Positions 1-12,864 of a stretch of 64,000 nucleotides of DNA are shown piece after piece (positions within the stretch are counted from its first letter, which is position 1; each line of letters starts with the position of its first letter). The stretch covers positions 9,867,547 to 9,931,546 of the forward strand of contig NC_068985.1 in NCBI RefSeq assembly GCF_001194135.2, written 5' to 3'. Source of the DNA: Octopus bimaculoides. Lineage: Eukaryota. Under the pieces are notes generated by a model. That model ran no database searches. It was not told where the DNA came from and saw only the letters and a list, made by a program, of their open reading frames with translations. Made by a program: the position numbers and the translations under genes.

Positions 1-66
1 CTTCTTTTTTTTCTCTCACATGTCTCGGAAGTTCGGAGGTACAAAGCAAGCACACGATTTGTTTAC

Positions 67-284
67 AAGGCGGTGAGCTGGCAGAAACGTTAGCACGCCG
101 GGGTGAAATGCTTAGCGGTATTTCGTCTGTCTTTACGTTCTGAGTTCAAATTCCGCTGAGGTCGACTTTGCCTTTCATCCTTTCGGGGGTCGATAAATTA
201 AGTACCAGTTGCGTGCTAGGGTCGATCTAATCGACTGGTCCCCATCCCCCAAAATTTCGTGTCTTATACCTAGAGTAGAAAAGG
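67..284 (+). mobile_element. tRNA-derived SINE, family A (ggcggtgagctggcagaaacgttagcacgccggg...gagttcaaattcc...gtcgataaattaagtacc)
   Basis: A-box-like and B-box-like (gagttcaaattcc) head. Similar copies at ~3545, 23983, 24215, 53668, 53882, 58512 and on the minus strand at ~60700 and ~63000. Confidence 0.8.
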
Positions 285-332
285 ATTTGTTGACAGGGGA
301 TAGAGTAAATGTAAACAAGCGCATGGGTACAT

Positions 333-382
<50 letters not shown>

Positions 383-471
383 TCAGTTTGCTTCCCATCC
401 ATGTGGCTTTTCGATTCAGTCCCACTCTGTGGCCCTTTTGGCAAGTGTCTTCTACTATAGCCCCAGGCCAA

Positions 472-905
472 ATCATCATCATCATCGTTTAACGTCCAAC
501 CCATGCTGGCATGGGTTGGATGGTTTGACTGAGGACTGGCGAACCAGATGGCTGCACCAGGCTCCAATCTGATCTGGCAGAGTTTGTACAGCTGGATGCC
601 CTTCCTAACGCCAACCACTCCGAGAGTGTAGTGGGTGCTTTTATGTGCTACTGGCACGAGGACCAGTCTGGCTGTACTGGTATTGACCACACTCAAATGG
701 TGTTTTTTACGTGCCACCTGCACAGGAGCCAGTCAACGGCCCTGGTAATCATCACGCTCGGATGGTGCTCTTAGCATGGATGCCAGTCATGCGGTGCTGT
801 CATCGAATTTGATTTCGATTTCAGTTGCCTCAACAGGTCTTCGCAAGCAGAGTTTAGAGTCCAATGAAAGAAACGTATGCATAAGTGGGCTGGTTACACC
901 ACTGG
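472..905 (-). mobile_element. Family C non-autonomous element with RTE-type 3' tail, (GAT)n end and internal ~66-bp repeats
   Basis: On the minus strand it ends ccaacccatgccagcatgg...ggacgttaaacgatgatgatg. More than 15 copies or fragments occur in the window. Confidence 0.8.
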
Positions 906-1129
906 CTTAAGCCACAGGTTATGGTCGCACTTGGCTTGCCAAACACACACACACACACACATATATGTATATGACAGGCTTTTTTTTCAGTTTTTGTCTA
1001 CCAAATCCACTCAGAAGGCTTTAGTTGGCCTGAGACAATTGACTGTCCCAAGTTACAGTGTCTGCTTCCATATAGTCTCTACTGCAGAAGGCTCTTCTTA
1101 ACACTAATCACTTTACAGAAGTAAGCTCA

Positions 1130-1625
1130 TCATTGTTCAACGTCCACTTTCCATGCTGGTATGGGTTGGACGGTTTGACTGGGGGCTGGCAAGCCAGGTG
1201 GCTGCATCAGGCTCCAATTTGATCTGGCAATGTTTCTACAAATGGATGCCCTTCCTAACGCCAACCACTCTGAGAGTATAGTAGGTGCTTTTTATGTGCC
1301 ACCGGCACCGGAGCCGTTTGGTGGTACTAGCTTCGGCCATGTTTGGATGGTGCTTTTTATGTGCCACTGGCTCAGGAGCCAGCCAGCCTGCAGTGGCATT
1401 GACGACGCTCGAATAGTGCTTTTTATCTGCCACTGGCACGGGATCAGTCAAGCGGCACTGGCATCGACCACGCTCAAATGGTGCTTTTTGCATGCCACCG
1501 GCACATGTACCAATCAGGTAGTATTGTTGTCGGCCACGACAACGACTTGCCTCAACAGGTCTTCGCAAGTGCAGTTTATTGCCCATTGGTTGAAAGGTAC
1601 TCTTAAATGGGCCGGTTATGCTTGA
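1130..1625 (-). mobile_element. Family C element with ~4 internal repeat units and 5' head
   Basis: Same tail as 472-905, repeated gtgctttttatgtgccac units, and a head containing cttgcgaagacctgttgaggcaa shared with the 840-nt copy. Confidence 0.8.
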
Positions 1626-1936
1626 GACAGCTTTGCTAAGTGTTAAGAGGCTAACGAATGATAGAGGAACTGGTGCAGGTGTCTTGCTGTAGAGGAGGTA
1701 CATGGTTATTCTGCATTATATAAGGGTGGGGGGGGAGTAACAGGTTTGATGAAGGTAGTGATGAGGTATTACTGCAGGTTGAGTTGGAATGGGGGGGGAG
1801 GTAAATTTGGAACAGTGTAAGAGGAGAGTGACAGATGGTTAGAGATGAATGGTGTTGTAGGTAGGGGGAGTTATACAGCACTGGCAACAATCTCGCTCGA
1901 ATGTTTTTTTCATATATATATATATATATATATATA

Positions 1937-2150
1937 AATTATAATACAGGGTATCAAGAGATACCACCACGCTGAAAAAATAGCAGTCAAATCCTGACTC
2001 TAAAACCACAATAAATGTCCGCATGGCACGATTAGCGAAGACGAAGACCAAATGAACCAGTAAAAATAAGATAATTCCAAATCCTGGATTTCTGGCTTTG
2101 CATAAATAATAATGTTCTGCCTTCATCAGTGGAATATACTCTAGTACATA
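1937..2150 (-). mobile_element. Short Penelope-like element abutting a (TA)n tract and carrying a hammerhead-like motif
   Basis: Its 3' end (minus strand) runs into (TA)n at 1912-1936. It contains the CTGATGA...GAAA motif at 2074-2135. Confidence 0.45.
2074..2135 (-). ncRNA. Type I hammerhead ribozyme-like motif (probably degenerate)
   Basis: Minus strand reads attcca CTGATGA a GGC (22 nt) GCC a GAAA tcc a gga TT tggaat. Stem I attcca/tggaat is 6 bp perfect and stem III is near-palindromic. There is an extra A before GAAA. Confidence 0.55.
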
Positions 2151-3838
2151 AATACAAATACATGTATATAAACAGTATACTTACATATACGAACGTATAC
2201 ACACATATATATGCACGTATGCACACGACTAGCTTAAATAGCCCGCCTAAACAGCCTTTTGTGCGATCCGGACAGAATATCAGCGCAGTAAATACACTGA
2301 TAAATATATATATATATATATGTGTGTGTGTATAAAATAGCATCTAGCATAACAAAAGAGAGAAAGAAATTGATCTCAAAGAATAAATATGAATCCTATG
2401 AAAAAGTAAATAAATGCTGGCACCACATAAAAGGCATCGAGTACACTCTGTAAATGGATGGCATTAGGAAGGGCATCCAGCCATAGAAACAATTGGAATA
2501 CGATGCAGCCCTTGGATTCCTCAGATCTTCTTGAACCAACCAGCCAGCCATGCTTTCATGGAACATGGGTATTAAAGGACAGTAGTGATGTCTTCATAGT
2601 CCTACATGGTTCCTTTCAAAATCTCCTCTGTTTGTGGATAAGAGAACCCTTATCCAAACATTCTAAATACTATGAACAATGGGGGTAAGTTAGAGACCTA
2701 AGTACAAGCTGAACAATTCCTTAGCCTCCTCTCTCTCTTGACTGAGTCGGAATCATCTGACCAAGATGATTTTCAGGGTCAGCAAAAATAAATGGTTGTG
2801 ACCGATGTATTGCTTGTTGATCCAGTTGATTTGAACTCATTAATTACTAATTTGTGGTTTTATGATAGTCTGAGAAATGAATCTTATGTTTTGTGTTCCA
2901 GTGATGATCAGTTGTTTAGTCTCTTGTTCGCTGTAATCAACCGTAATCTTTTCCTTTCTGGTATTTTTTTGCAGTACATTGTCCATGATGTCTTTCCTTT
3001 TTAAAGACATTAGAATCTGATTTGAGGGAGATTTGGTTGCTGCTTCTAGCAGGTCATACAACCATGTAAATGCTCCCTCGTTTGCTTGAAGATGAATTAG
3101 AAATAGCTATGCCTGCTTCTACATCCTTGTTTCAAATCCCAGTAGAGACAGCTTTGCTTTTCATCCCTTCAACATCAGCAAGTAAGTAATAGTTATGTCC
3201 TAAGTTTACTTTATTCAGCACATTGTACTAATCCTGTATATTAAAGTAGTACACAGGCCCATTTCATTTGCCTGTCATAAACTTTTAAAAACTACCTTTC
3301 ACATTTACACACACACTTACACATAAGACTGTCAGTGGGGAAGGCAAATGGCACTGGTGCACTGAACTGGTAGTGTTCTTGAAAAGAAAAAGACATTGAA
3401 ACTCTATTATGAAATATTGTAGAGTGAGTAGTAGGTTTGTTAGAGAGTGTGAAGGACCAGCTAGCGCAGTTGATATTTTTTCAGGAAGTAGGTAAAATTG
3501 TGAACTGGGGGATGTTGGTGTGGCCTACTATTTCTATCCGCCAATATTACCACAACTGGTGGCAATCTGGCAGAATTGTTAGCAGACCAGGCAAAATGCT
3601 TTGTGGCATTTTGCCTGGCTTTATGTTCTGAGTTCAAATTTCACCAGTTTTGCCTTTCATTCCTTTTGGGTCAATAAAACAAGCACCACTGGGGTTCATG
3701 TAATCAACTAACCCCGCTGCCTTTGTGCCAAGATTTGAAATTATATTACCACAACTGAACTCCTATTTTGTTTCTTCCTTAATAAAGAGCCTTACCCTGA
3801 AACAAATTCTTTTTACCTTTCATTATATTAGAGATAAT

Positions 3839-4174
3839 TTAGAAAATTACTATTTCTAAATCTCACAACCTGAGATATTCAGCAACAGTACTTTGGAGTA
3901 AAGATTGTTTGCCAACATAACATGGCAGTCCTGGTTTAGGACAAATGTTGCTGTAATTTTAGCCCCAGGAGACATCGTCTCCAGCTGGCTGTACGACATG
4001 ATCTGTGTCCTTATATTTTTGAACAAGGGAATCTAGCACCCCCACTCAGCTCAAATTACAGCAACATTCGTCCTAAACCAGGACTGCCATGTTATGTTGG
4101 CAAAGAATCTTTACTCCAAAAGTACTGTTGCTGAATATCTCTCATTGTGAGATTTACAAATAGTAATTTTCTAA
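3839..4174. mobile_element. MITE-like long inverted repeat (arms ~3839-3959 and ~4053-4174)
   Basis: The ~120-bp arms are reverse complements with few mismatches. The 93-bp spacer holds a small hairpin, ggagacatcgtctcc. Confidence 0.8.
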
Positions 4175-4249
4175 TTTATAGATCAGTGACTAGTTGTCAC
4201 TTCGAAAACTAAATATTTCGAACAGGAATTTGGCAGCACCACCTCTCTA

Positions 4250-4556
4250 AAAGGACCAGTTAATGGTTCACTGCCTTTCTGATTGTTATGGTGACAAGAC
4301 ATTGTCTAAGTTAAGGGAACAAATATCATGTATGGTACGTACACCCACACACAAAAGCAATGGTCAGTATATAAAGTACTCAGATTTTATTGTCTGAAAT
4401 ACATTGGAAGCCTGAAGTACTTTCAGGCAAATAGTGTTTGTATATATATACTTGACTAGACAGTAAAGTTCTCCAGGTACATAGTGCTCAGGTTAACTTA
4501 TGTATCTGTGTCTCCAGAGCCTGGTATAAATTCTTTAAAATAATATTTGTAGCTAG
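4250..4556 (+). repeat. Direct repeat copy 1 (~310 bp), paired with 5500-5823
   Basis: ggaccagt...aaaagcaatggtcagtatataaagtactcag...ctttaaaataata is nearly identical in both copies, and both are followed by (CT)n. Confidence 0.85.
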
Positions 4557-5499
4557 TGGTCTCTCTCTCCTCTCTTTCTTTCTCTCTCCCTCTCTATCTT
4601 TCTCTCTCTCTCTCTTTCTCTCCTGCTCTCTATTTCTCTCCCACTCTCTCTTTCTCTCTCTATCTCTGGGTATATATGTATATATATTTATATTTATTGA
4701 ATATATATAATATATATATTTATATTTATTGAAGCAATGACTTGTGACCAACACCTTTGGCATTATGTCATGCTTGAGAAGAAGATGCATTAAGCCAAGC
4801 AAAGTCGCAGTTGTCTCAGATACCAGTGTTGGGCAAATTGGCACCCATGCCGGTGGCACATAAAAACACCCTGGTGTCATGCAAATGGCATGTAAAAGCA
4901 CCCATTACACTCTTGGAGTGGTTAGCATTTAGGAAGGGCATCCAGCCAAAGAAAACCATGGCAAATCAAACTTGAGTCTGGTGCAGCTTACCAGCCCGGT
5001 CAAACCGTCCAACCCATGCCAGCATGGACAATGGACGTTAGATGATGATGATGATGACATGCACACATAGGTACAGGTGTGGTTGTGCATAAGAAGTTTG
5101 CTTCCTGTTCACATGGTCTCAACTTCTGTTCCACTGCATGGCCCCTTAGGGCAAATGTCTTCTACTAAAGCACCCAACTAAAATGTAGTTTATGTGAGGG
5201 CTTTGGACCCTAATTGCCACAATGCTAGTAACTTAACTGCCATTTATAAACTAGTTTTTGCAACCTGGAATTTTGATTGAAGATTTTTATTTAGATCTTT
5301 AAAACAGGAAATTTATATCATAGAACCAGGGTTGATATGAAAAGGGTCAAATTACATTGCTTTCATTTATGGATAAAGTGCCAACACTCTGTATGATGGA
5401 AGAGAAAGAAAATAGGAATCATGACATTTGTATATTTATTATGAATATTTTCTTCATTGCAACTTGTAGACAGTGATGTCATTGATGACAGATCTGTAA

Positions 5500-5584
5500 A
5501 GGGACCAGTTTAATGGTTCACTGGCTTTCTGATTGTTATGGTGGCAAGACATTGTCTAAGTTGAGGGAACGAATATTATGTATG

Positions 5585-5619
<35 letters not shown>

Positions 5620-5823
5620 AAAGCAATGGTCAGTATATAAAGTACTCAGATTTTATTGTCTGAAATACATTGGAAGCCTGAAGTACTTTCAGGCAAATAG
5701 TGTTTGTATATATATACTTGACCAGACAGTAAAGTTCTCCAGGTACATAGTGCTCAGGTTAACTTATGTATCTGTGTCTCCAGAGCCTGGTATAAATTCT
5801 TTAAAATAATATGTGTGGCTAGC
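5500..5823 (+). repeat. Direct repeat copy 2, with an expanded (CA)n
   Basis: See copy 1 at 4250-4556. Confidence 0.85.
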
Positions 5824-6323
5824 GCTCTCTCTCTCTCTCTTTCTCTCTCTCACTCTCTCTCTCTCTCTCTCTCTGTAACCTTGTACCTCCTCTACAGCAA
5901 GACACCTGTTTCTGTCTCACTATAACCTTTCATCATCCGACACAAGATCATCTCTTCCAATGCCCCCTCCCCTCTCAAAGAGATTTTTTTTCCCCTCTTG
6001 CAAGTACTTGATGACCCTGTCAGTGCAGGTGCCACTTAAAAGCACCCAGTCCACACTGTAAAGTGGTTGGCGTTTGGAACGAAGTCAACCAGCTGTAAAA
6101 ACCTAGCCAAAACTGACCTCGCTTGTGCTTGTGCCGTGTAAGAAGCACCTAATCCTCTCTGCTGAGGGTTGGCGATTGGAAGGGCATCCAGCTGTAAAAA
6201 TCCTGCCAAAACAGTCACAGAAGTCTGGTGGAGGCTTCTGCCTGGTCGGCTCTTGTCAAACTGTCCCACCCATGCCAGCATGGAAAGCAGACGTTAAACG
6301 ATAGTGATGATGATGCTGATAGA

Positions 6324-6380
<57 letters not shown>

Positions 6381-6958
6381 GACACACACTGATACCGTCA
6401 TTTACGACAAGGGTTCCAGTAGATGTGATAAATAGAGCAGCTTACTCATGAAATTAACATGCAAGTGGTTGAGTACTCCGCAGACAAACATTGCCTTAAC
6501 GTAGTACTCTGAGAGATTCAGTGTGATACAGAATGGGAAAAGGCTGGCCCTTTGAAATACAGGTACGATTCGTTTTTACTAGCTGAGTGGACTGGAGCAA
6601 CGTGAAATGAAGTAACTTGCTCTATGGGCACAGTGCACTGCTGGGAACCAAACTCCTGACCTTATGATCATGAGAAAACACCTTAACCACTAAGCCATGT
6701 ACCTAAACACACACACACACATGCATATATGTAAATATTGTTTTGATGTCCACTTTTCAGGTTGAGTTTAGTGAAGCAGGTTTTCTGTGTGCGGATGCTC
6801 TTCCTGTCACCAACCCTTACCTGTTACTAAGCAAGGTAATATTTTTCCCATGACCAGAAATGTTTTCACAGAATATTGGAAATAACTGATATTCATTTAG
6901 AGCACTAACCCAATGCCAAGACAAGGAAACACACAAACATAGACCCCACGTACATATA

Positions 6959-7757
6959 CAGGGTCTGATGAATAAGTATCTGGAATGCTGCCATAGTAAC
7001 AAAGCTAAAGTATGCAGACTGAAGCCACTTGGCAAATATTGAGCTTGAACTCTGCTGTGCATGCGCATTAAGTTTTAACGTTCTAGCTCACTTCCACTGT
7101 TTACAGCAGTGCTTGGAAGGAACGTGTGTAGCATGCGATTGTCGCACTGACCATAACAGAGAAAGTTGTCATGGCGATACGTGCTCAGAGTCCTGCGCAA
7201 AGTTGCAGAAAGTGTATGGAGAGGAGTGTTCAGACTTTTCCAAGATGACCAAAAAAATGCCGATATTGACGAACGTTCTGGGAGACCCGCAATCAACAGA
7301 ACTGAGAAAAACATTGCAGATTAGTTATGGTTCAGTTCAGTCCATTATCACTGAAGATTTTGGTATGAGATGCGTGTCTGCCAAGTTTGTGCCAAAACTG
7401 CTTTCAGCTGAACAAAAAGACACTCAGGTTTCAGTTGCACAAGATCTTGATTATGATGAGAATGATGAAAAATTTTTGAAAACTTGGTGTAGGCCTCTGA
7501 ACAGGTATCGCCAAGCTTTTGGCAAAATTTGAGGCAGATTCTCTGCTCAACTTTCTCTGTCGTGGTCAATGTGACAATCACATGCTACACATCTTCCTTC
7601 CAAGCACTGCTGTAAACAGCGGAAGTGAGCTAGAATGTTAAAACTTAGTGCACATGAACAGCAAAGTTCAAGGGCAATCTGTGCCGAGTGGCTTCAGTCT
7701 GCGTGCTTTAACTTTGTTACTATGGCAACAATCCGGATACTTATTGATCAGACCATG
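6959..7757. mobile_element. Non-autonomous mariner (Tc1/mariner) foldback derivative made of two left ends in inverted orientation
   Basis: TIRs cagggtctgatgaataagtatctgga and tccggatacttattgatcagaccatg are flanked by TA (6957-58, 7758-59). Transposase N-terminal remnants occur on both strands (QRICLKFCQKLGDTCSEA on -; KVYGEEC...ISYGSVQSIITEDFGMRCVSAKFVPKLLS on +). Confidence 0.85.
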
Positions 7758-8151
7758 TACATTTCCCCTGTATCGATTAGACTATCAGATCTTTTTACAC
7801 ACTGCTGGGCCACAATGCACATCCAATTCTTTTTTTTATTGTGCTCTTCTTTTACACTTTGGCCCAAATTGTTTAAATTGTCTTCCAATTGTGAAGGTCT
7901 GAGTGGCTTTTTCCAATTTCATGAGTACCACTTGCCAACTGCACAAGTCCACCTCTTGTCTGTGCAATATGCACAGCCCAACAAAAATTGTACATTCAGT
8001 ATTTTGTGTGTGTGTGAGTAAATATAAATATATATATATTTGTTTATACACTCAAACATACGTATGTGTGTGTCTGACTACTGAATTTTATAACGATGCT
8101 TGTGAATATCTTGTGTTTCTCTTAAATATTTCTTTTTATTTCTCCTTTCAG

Positions 8152-9854
<1,703 letters not shown>

Positions 9855-10432
9855 TTGATTTTCACTTTCTGATCCTCCACCACCCCCAACTTTCTATTGC
9901 TCACTGCTCCCATCATTTTCTTTCTTCTGCTCTTAATCTTTTTAGCTATTCACTATAGCATCTACAACATCTTGAAACTGATGTCGGTAGTTTGTGATTA
10001 GCTGGCTGTGAGAAAGATAGCTACCTGCTTCAACCACATTTAGCTGTTATTATGTCTGACCTGAAAAATGCCTTTGTATACTTTTGTGCAAAGTGTTAAC
10101 TAAAACAAAAAAACGTTGAATTTGCTTATTGATACCTATATGCTTGCATGCATGCGTGTATGTATGTATGTTCCTAATAGATGTTTATATTTGTGTATAA
10201 ATGATAAAAAGTAGAAAACATATGCAGAGAAACACACTGATAATGAGTTTTTTTATTGTTTTATTTGAATCATTCTTTTGTATGTGGATTGGTGAGTCTC
10301 TGCGAAGAATTTTTCTTGTTGATGTTTGAATATAATACTTGTGTATGCATAGATTATGTTTATATATGCATGAATTAAAAATGTTTGTGTATGAGTGTAA
10401 TACATACACATAGACATATATACTGTATTTTG

Positions 10433-10688
10433 AAATAATAGCATGAAATTCAGTATCAAAAAATTCTTCACAAAGATATATATGTCTAAAATAGTATTGT
10501 ATTAAAAGCATATATAAACATATGAAACATGACCACTTAAGAATTTGTTAATTAATGCATCTTACAGTCTTTTCACAAAAGTATTGTCATTATAATATCA
10601 TGTTTCATATATTTTTAATACAATACTATTTTAGACATATATATCTTCGTGAAGAATTTTTCGATACTGAATTTCATGCTATTATTTT
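10433..10688. repeat. AT-rich inverted repeat downstream of KAT5 (arms 10433-10532 and 10598-10688)
   Basis: aaataatagcatgaaattcagtatc...atagtattgtattaaaa is reverse-complemented with 2 mismatches over ~75 bp. The ORF track shows the same peptide on both strands. Confidence 0.85.
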
Positions 10689-12062
10689 TGGTATTGAATT
10701 TCATTCTATTTCAAGATACAGAATATATAATCGCTCGTATTAATGTCTAAATAATTTTTTAGTATTAATATATTTGACATTTTATACAAAGCGCACTCAT
10801 TATGAATTCAGTGTATAATATTCTAACAGAATATATTTAATTAATGATACATATAGACATAGCCGTAGCTGTGTGGTAAGTTAGCTTTCTAACTACATGG
10901 TTCTGGGTTCAGTCCCATTGTGTGGCACTTTGAGTAAGTGTCTTCTGCTATAGCCTCAGGCTGACTAAAATCTTGTGACTGGATTCGGTAGATGGAAACT
11001 GTAAGAAGCCCATCATATATATGTGTGTGTGTGTGTGTCATTATGTCTGTGTTTGCTCCCCACCATTGGTTGACAATTAGTCTTGGTGTGATTTTGTCCC
11101 TGTGACATAGCAGTTTGGTAAAAGAGACTGATAGAATAAGTAGCAGGCTTTAAAAATAATTCAAGTCACTGCTCCAGCATGGCTGCAGTCAAATGATTGA
11201 AAAAAAGAAAGAAAAAGACTATATGTTTGTCTGTGTAAATTTAAGAATCAAAGACTAAAGTGACCCCAAATCCAAAGGGGAGTCTGTATGCGTTAAAAAT
11301 AACTATAGAGCAAATAGTTATAGTTTATTGATTTCTTTTATTGGCAAAAAACTCTGCTTTTGCTAATTTAGCAGCTCGTCAGAAACTACTTCATCTGAGC
11401 TGTAATATTAGCAGAGTTTCTTTACTAAAACGTTACATCTTCAAATTATATATCTATGTGTGTATGTGCCTGTATACATTTACATACACATATACACACT
11501 GTGTGTGTATGTGTACAACTGTAGATGAGCAATGTCAAACAAATGGTAATTTTCATCAGACATGGTCCGACAGAGCAGTGCATTTATTTTCAGACAGTTT
11601 CTTTTTTTTTTTCTAAGAACTCCTCCAATCACAAAAGTAGGATGTGTTCATATTCTAAACTATGGTAAACGACACCAGATTCCATCACTTTGTTCATCTA
11701 GAAAAAATAAATTTGTTAATATACCTCTCAGTATATACATCATATTGGTGTGTCTTATTTTTCTTGTGAAATTATTCCAGTTTTTCATGTTATATATCAT
11801 TTTTATTTACCATTTCCTAAGGATTGAATTTTAGCATCCTCTTACCTGAGGCTGGGTGGAGGTTCATCTCTTCTGTCTGAAAATTTAGGTTATCATTGCT
11901 AAATTTGTTTCAGTTCTTTTTTAAGTTTTTTATGTTATTTTTCTTCATGTAATATTTTTTAAATTACCAAAATGTTTTTGTGTGATAATTTCGGATTTTT
12001 GAAGTTTAGATAACTGAGGTAAAGTTGAAAATTTAATTTGAAATAAAATTGTATATAAGCGC

Positions 12063-12410
12063 TGGAGTGGCTGTGTAGTAAGTAGCTTACTTACCAACCA
12101 CATGGTTCCAGGTTCAGTCCCACTGCGTGGCACCTAGGGCAAGTGTCTTCTGTTATAGCCTTGGGCCGACCAAAGCCTTGTGAGTGAATTTGGTAGACAG
12201 AAACTGAAGGAAGCCCATCATATATATGTGTGTTTGTGTGTCTGTGTTTGTCCTGTAGTGTTTATGCCCCCGTAACTTAGTGGTTCAGCAAAAGAGACTT
12301 ATAGAATAAGTACTAGGATTACAAAGAATAAGTCCTGGGGTTGATTTGCTTGACTAAAGGCGGTGCTCCAGCATGGCCACAGTCAAATGACTGAAACAAG
12401 TAAAGGAATA
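12063..12410 (+). mobile_element. tRNA-derived SINE, family B (CORE-like accttgggcaagtgtctt segment, internal (TG)n)
   Basis: Head ggagtggctgtgtggtaag...ggttcagtcccactgcgtgg and tail ccagcatggccacagtcaaatgactgaaacaagtaaa. Copies at ~10860, 15243, 19325, 22160(-), 23362(-), 48517, 53050, 63205(-) and 63757(-). Confidence 0.8.
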
Positions 12411-12512
12411 AATTAATTGTTGATTACTTAACAGCTTCCAAATTATCTTGTGGGGATAAATAGTACAGTCAGTACAAGAAGAAGATATTTTTTCTTTTTT
12501 CAAGGAATCATG

Positions 12513-12864
12513 GCACGACGAGGGTTCCAGTTGATTTTATCAACAGAACAGCCTGCTCGTGAAATTAACATGTAAGTGGCTGAGCACTCCACAGACACGT
12601 GTACCCTTAACGTAGTTCTCGGGGAGATTCAGCGTGACACAGAGTGTGACAAGGCTGGCCCTTTCAAATACAGGTGCAACAGAAACAGGGAGAAAGTTGT
12701 GGTGAAAGAGTACAGCAGGGTTCGCCACCATCCCCTGCCGGAGCCTTGTGGAGCTTTAGGTGTTTTCGTTCACTAAACACTCACAACGCCCGGTCTGGGA
12801 ATCAAAACCGCGATCCTACAACCACGAGTCTGCTGCCCTAACCACTGGGCCATTACGCCTCCAC
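12513..12864 (-). mobile_element. tRNA-derived SINE, family D
   Basis: Reverse complement of gtggaggcgcaatggcccagtggttagggcagc...; matches the full copies at 57542 and 59923. Confidence 0.8.

Noticed and set aside
1540-1625. HDV-like ribozyme in the family C head (gcccatt...aatgggc pairing)
   Set aside because: P3, P1.1 and J4/2 could not be assigned, and the pairing is not kept in the copies at ~850-900 and ~32140.
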